Source: Succinivibrio sp. (GTDB lineage: Bacteria > Pseudomonadota > Gammaproteobacteria > Enterobacterales > Succinivibrionaceae). Taken from it: a stretch of DNA of 64,000 nucleotides. The position numbers and the translations under genes were made by a program. The notes below the pieces were generated by a model. The model searched no databases, was not told where the DNA came from, and saw only the letters and a program-made list of their open reading frames with translations. Positions 61,788-64,000 of the stretch are shown piece after piece. Positions within the stretch are counted from its first letter, which is position 1. The number at the start of each line of letters is the position of its first letter. The DNA is taken from assembly GCA_024693025.1 (NCBI GenBank), contig JAILLS010000049.1:16740-80739 (forward strand), given 5' to 3'.

Positions 61788-63227
61788 ATGTTAATGGATA
61801 AAGCATCGGCCCTGCTGTGGCAGGGTTCTGATTTAGATGAGCAGATCTGCGCACAAGCTATTTCTCAGCTCAATGCAAGAAACATCGATTTTGGGGATCT
61901 CTTTTTTTCGCGCCATGTGTCTGAATCCTTCAGTTTAGAAGAAGGCATTGTCAAAGGCGGTTCTTTTGACATCAATCAGGGCGTGGGCGTAAGAGCGGTT
62001 ATCGGCGGGAAGACCGGCTTTGCCTACAGCGATGTGCTCGATAAAAACTCGCTGATGGCTGCAGTCTCGGCAGCCAGATCCATCAGCTCCGGACAGCGTG
62101 CGGACAAGGTTAACGTCACCCCTCAGTATCAGCCGTTTAATCCACTTTATATCGATGCCGATCCGATTGCCTCCACCCCGCGTGAGCATAAAATTGCCGC
62201 TCTGGAAACCCTAGACCGGCTGACCCGCAAACAGGATCAGCGGGTTATTCAGGTGATGGCTAGCCTGAACTGCTCCAATCAGGTCAGAATGGTATTTACC
62301 ACCGACGGACGTCTTACCTGTGACTATAAGCCTATCTCCCAGCTGGTCCTCTCAATCGTGATGGAGCAAAATGGACGGCGTGAACGCGGATTTGCCGCGG
62401 CCGGCGGCGCCTTCCTGCTCGATGAGATTCTCACTGACAAGAAGCTTGAAGAGCTGGCCTTAGAAGCAGTCAGAGTCGGCCAGGTCAATCTGGAGGCACA
62501 GCCTGCTCCGGCCGGGACCATGACAGTAGTGCTGAGTAACGGCTGGCCTGGAGTTCTCATCCACGAAGCGGTAGGTCATGGTCTGGAAGGCGACTTCAAC
62601 CGCACCGGTTCCTCTGCCTTTACCGGACTTATCGGACAGAAGGTGGCCTCCGATGCCTGCACCATCATCGATGACGGCACTCTCCCAGATCGCCGCGGCT
62701 CATTAACCTTTGACGATGAAGGCACCCAGACCAAACATAATGTCCTGATTGAAAAAGGTATTTTAAAAGGCTATATGCAGGATCGCCTGAACGCCGCCCT
62801 GATGCAGCACCCGCTCACGGGCAACGGACGCAGAGAAAACTATAACTGCCTGCCGATGCCGCGTATGACCAATACTTTCATGCTGCCGGGCCAGTACGCG
62901 CCAGAAGAAATCATCAGCAGCGTCAAACAGGGGATCTATGCGGTTAACTTCTCAGGCGGACAGGTTGATATTACCTCAGGTAAATTTGTCTTCTCCACCT
63001 CAGAGGCCTATCTTATCGAGCAGGGCAAGGTCACTACCCCGATCAAGGGAGCTACCCTGATCGGCAACGGACCTGAGACCATGAAGCAGGTCTCCATGGT
63101 GGGCAATGATCTCGACTTTGATCATGGTATCGGTTTCTGCGGCAAGGCAGGTCAGGCAGTACCGGTAGGTATAGGTCAGCCAACCTTGAAGCTGGATGCC
63201 ATCACCGTAGGCGGCACCAATGCCTAA
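61788..63227 (+). CDS. tldD: Metalloprotease TldD
   Basis: GVGVRA, GVLIHEAVGHGLEGDFNR, DDEG, GNGRRE...PMPRMTNT, GFCGKAGQ.VPV. Confidence 0.97.
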   Translation: MLMDKASALLWQGSDLDEQICAQAISQLNARNIDFGDLFFSRHVSESFSLEEGIVKGGSFDINQGVGVRAVIGGKTGFAYSDVLDKNSLMAAVSAARSISSGQRADKVNVTPQYQPFNPLYIDADPIASTPREHKIAALETLDRLTRKQDQRVIQVMASLNCSNQVRMVFTTDGRLTCDYKPISQLVLSIVMEQNGRRERGFAAAGGAFLLDEILTDKKLEELALEAVRVGQVNLEAQPAPAGTMTVVLSNGWPGVLIHEAVGHGLEGDFNRTGSSAFTGLIGQKVASDACTIIDDGTLPDRRGSLTFDDEGTQTKHNVLIEKGILKGYMQDRLNAALMQHPLTGNGRRENYNCLPMPRMTNTFMLPGQYAPEEIISSVKQGIYAVNFSGGQVDITSGKFVFSTSEAYLIEQGKVTTPIKGATLIGNGPETMKQVSMVGNDLDFDHGIGFCGKAGQAVPVGIGQPTLKLDAITVGGTNA

Positions 63228-63236
63228 GCGCTTAAA

Positions 63237-63797
63237 TTAGAGCAGACTGGCAGGAATTTCCACCTTGGCGCGCGCCAGTTCTGCTTTTACATATTTAAAT
63301 AACTGTCTTGCAGCGGGTTTTTCAGCCCCTGGTTCTGCTTTGGCCGCTTCCTGCTGGGCTTTTTTGACCAGCACTCTCAGCTTGTTGCGATCTGTATCCA
63401 CAATCAGAGCCACGAAGGCATCGATAGCCTCCTTACCGTGAGCGATAAATTCCTCACGCAGCTGTTCAAGTCGCATGGCATTAGGGTCAACTTTGACTGA
63501 CGCGCCTAAGCCCTCAATCTGCTGTTTTAAATCCAGACCCTCTTCCGCCCTTAACAGCTTGGCAGCATACTGCAGCTGCCGGCGCCGTTCATCACTGCGC
63601 GGTTTGAGGCCTCTGGCCACATCAAAGGCTTCGCGCACATGCTCAGGCATGACCAGCGCCCGATAACTCTGCACGCCCAGATCTGCAATATCATCACAGA
63701 GCTTGCGCAGGGCCTGAGCCGCCCGCTTCTGAGCACTGCGGCTCTCTTCCTCAGGCTCGTGATCAAATCCCTCAAAATGCTGTTCTAATTTGGACAT
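63237..63797 (-). CDS. yjgA: Ribosome biogenesis factor YjgA/DarP
   Basis: SRSAQKR....L, RRRQLQY..KL.R, LEQLR, LR.LV..A..E, R.LF.Y. Confidence 0.88.
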   Translation of the reverse strand: MSKLEQHFEGFDHEPEEESRSAQKRAAQALRKLCDDIADLGVQSYRALVMPEHVREAFDVARGLKPRSDERRRQLQYAAKLLRAEEGLDLKQQIEGLGASVKVDPNAMRLEQLREEFIAHGKEAIDAFVALIVDTDRNKLRVLVKKAQQEAAKAEPGAEKPAARQLFKYVKAELARAKVEIPASLL

Positions 63798-63833
63798 GTC
63801 GTCTTCCTGTTCTATGCTGATTACAAGTTCTGA

Positions 63834-64000
63834 CTAAAGATTAAACAAAGCAGTCAGCTTATAGGTTTTGATCAGGCGCAGCGCCGTATCGGGAACATGG
63901 CTGATAGTCAGCCTCCCATCAGGCTGAGCACGCGCCCATTTGACCAGGAGTGCCACTCCTGCCGAGTCGATCTCTGCAAGTTCTTTCAGATCTACAGCCG
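63834..64000 (-). CDS. mlaB: STAS-domain protein, MlaB-like (5'-truncated by the window edge)
   Basis: Not in the ORF track. Hand translation ...AVDLKELAEIDSAGVALLVKWARAQPDGRLTISHVPDTALRLIKTYKLTALFNL* contains the DSAG STAS motif. Confidence 0.75.
   Translation of the reverse strand, partial: AVDLKELAEIDSAGVALLVKWARAQPDGRLTISHVPDTALRLIKTYKLTALFNL

Overview
Core chromosomal segment of a gammaproteobacterium. Gene content and order suggest Aeromonadales, probably Succinivibrionaceae (inference from the ATP-dependent PckA, WaaA plus KdkA, and argFGH). Most of the window is housekeeping: a fructose-family PTS, fieF, plsB, LPS core genes (hldD, waaF, waaA, kdkA, yejM, a GT9), coaD, mutM, rpmBG, coaBC-dut, argFGH, nudE, hslRO, ribB, rmlAC, greB, pckA, nfuA, gpsA-secB, gpmI, pmbA, uvrA/ssb, mreBCD-maf-tldD and yjgA. 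I found no rRNA, tRNA, CRISPR array, prophage or transposase. Five things stand out. (1) A five-ORF cluster between hldD and waaF (SPFH with three Zn-ribbons, a YdjG-like Zn-ribbon protein, a 74-aa membrane ORF, TelA/YaaN and a long XpaC) joins homologues of two Bacillus sigma-W operons but has no PspA; an in-frame amber stop may split one of its genes. (2) An orphan NifI1-type PII protein with an altered effector motif ends the argFGH operon. (3) A ~260-bp AT-rich element with IS21-like terminal repeats lies after a Maf glycosyltransferase gene. (4) The yibN-secB-gpsA genes have a long structured leader. (5) Paired palindromic operators sit upstream of a cupin-MarR pair. All family calls come from motif recognition by eye; no database searches were run.
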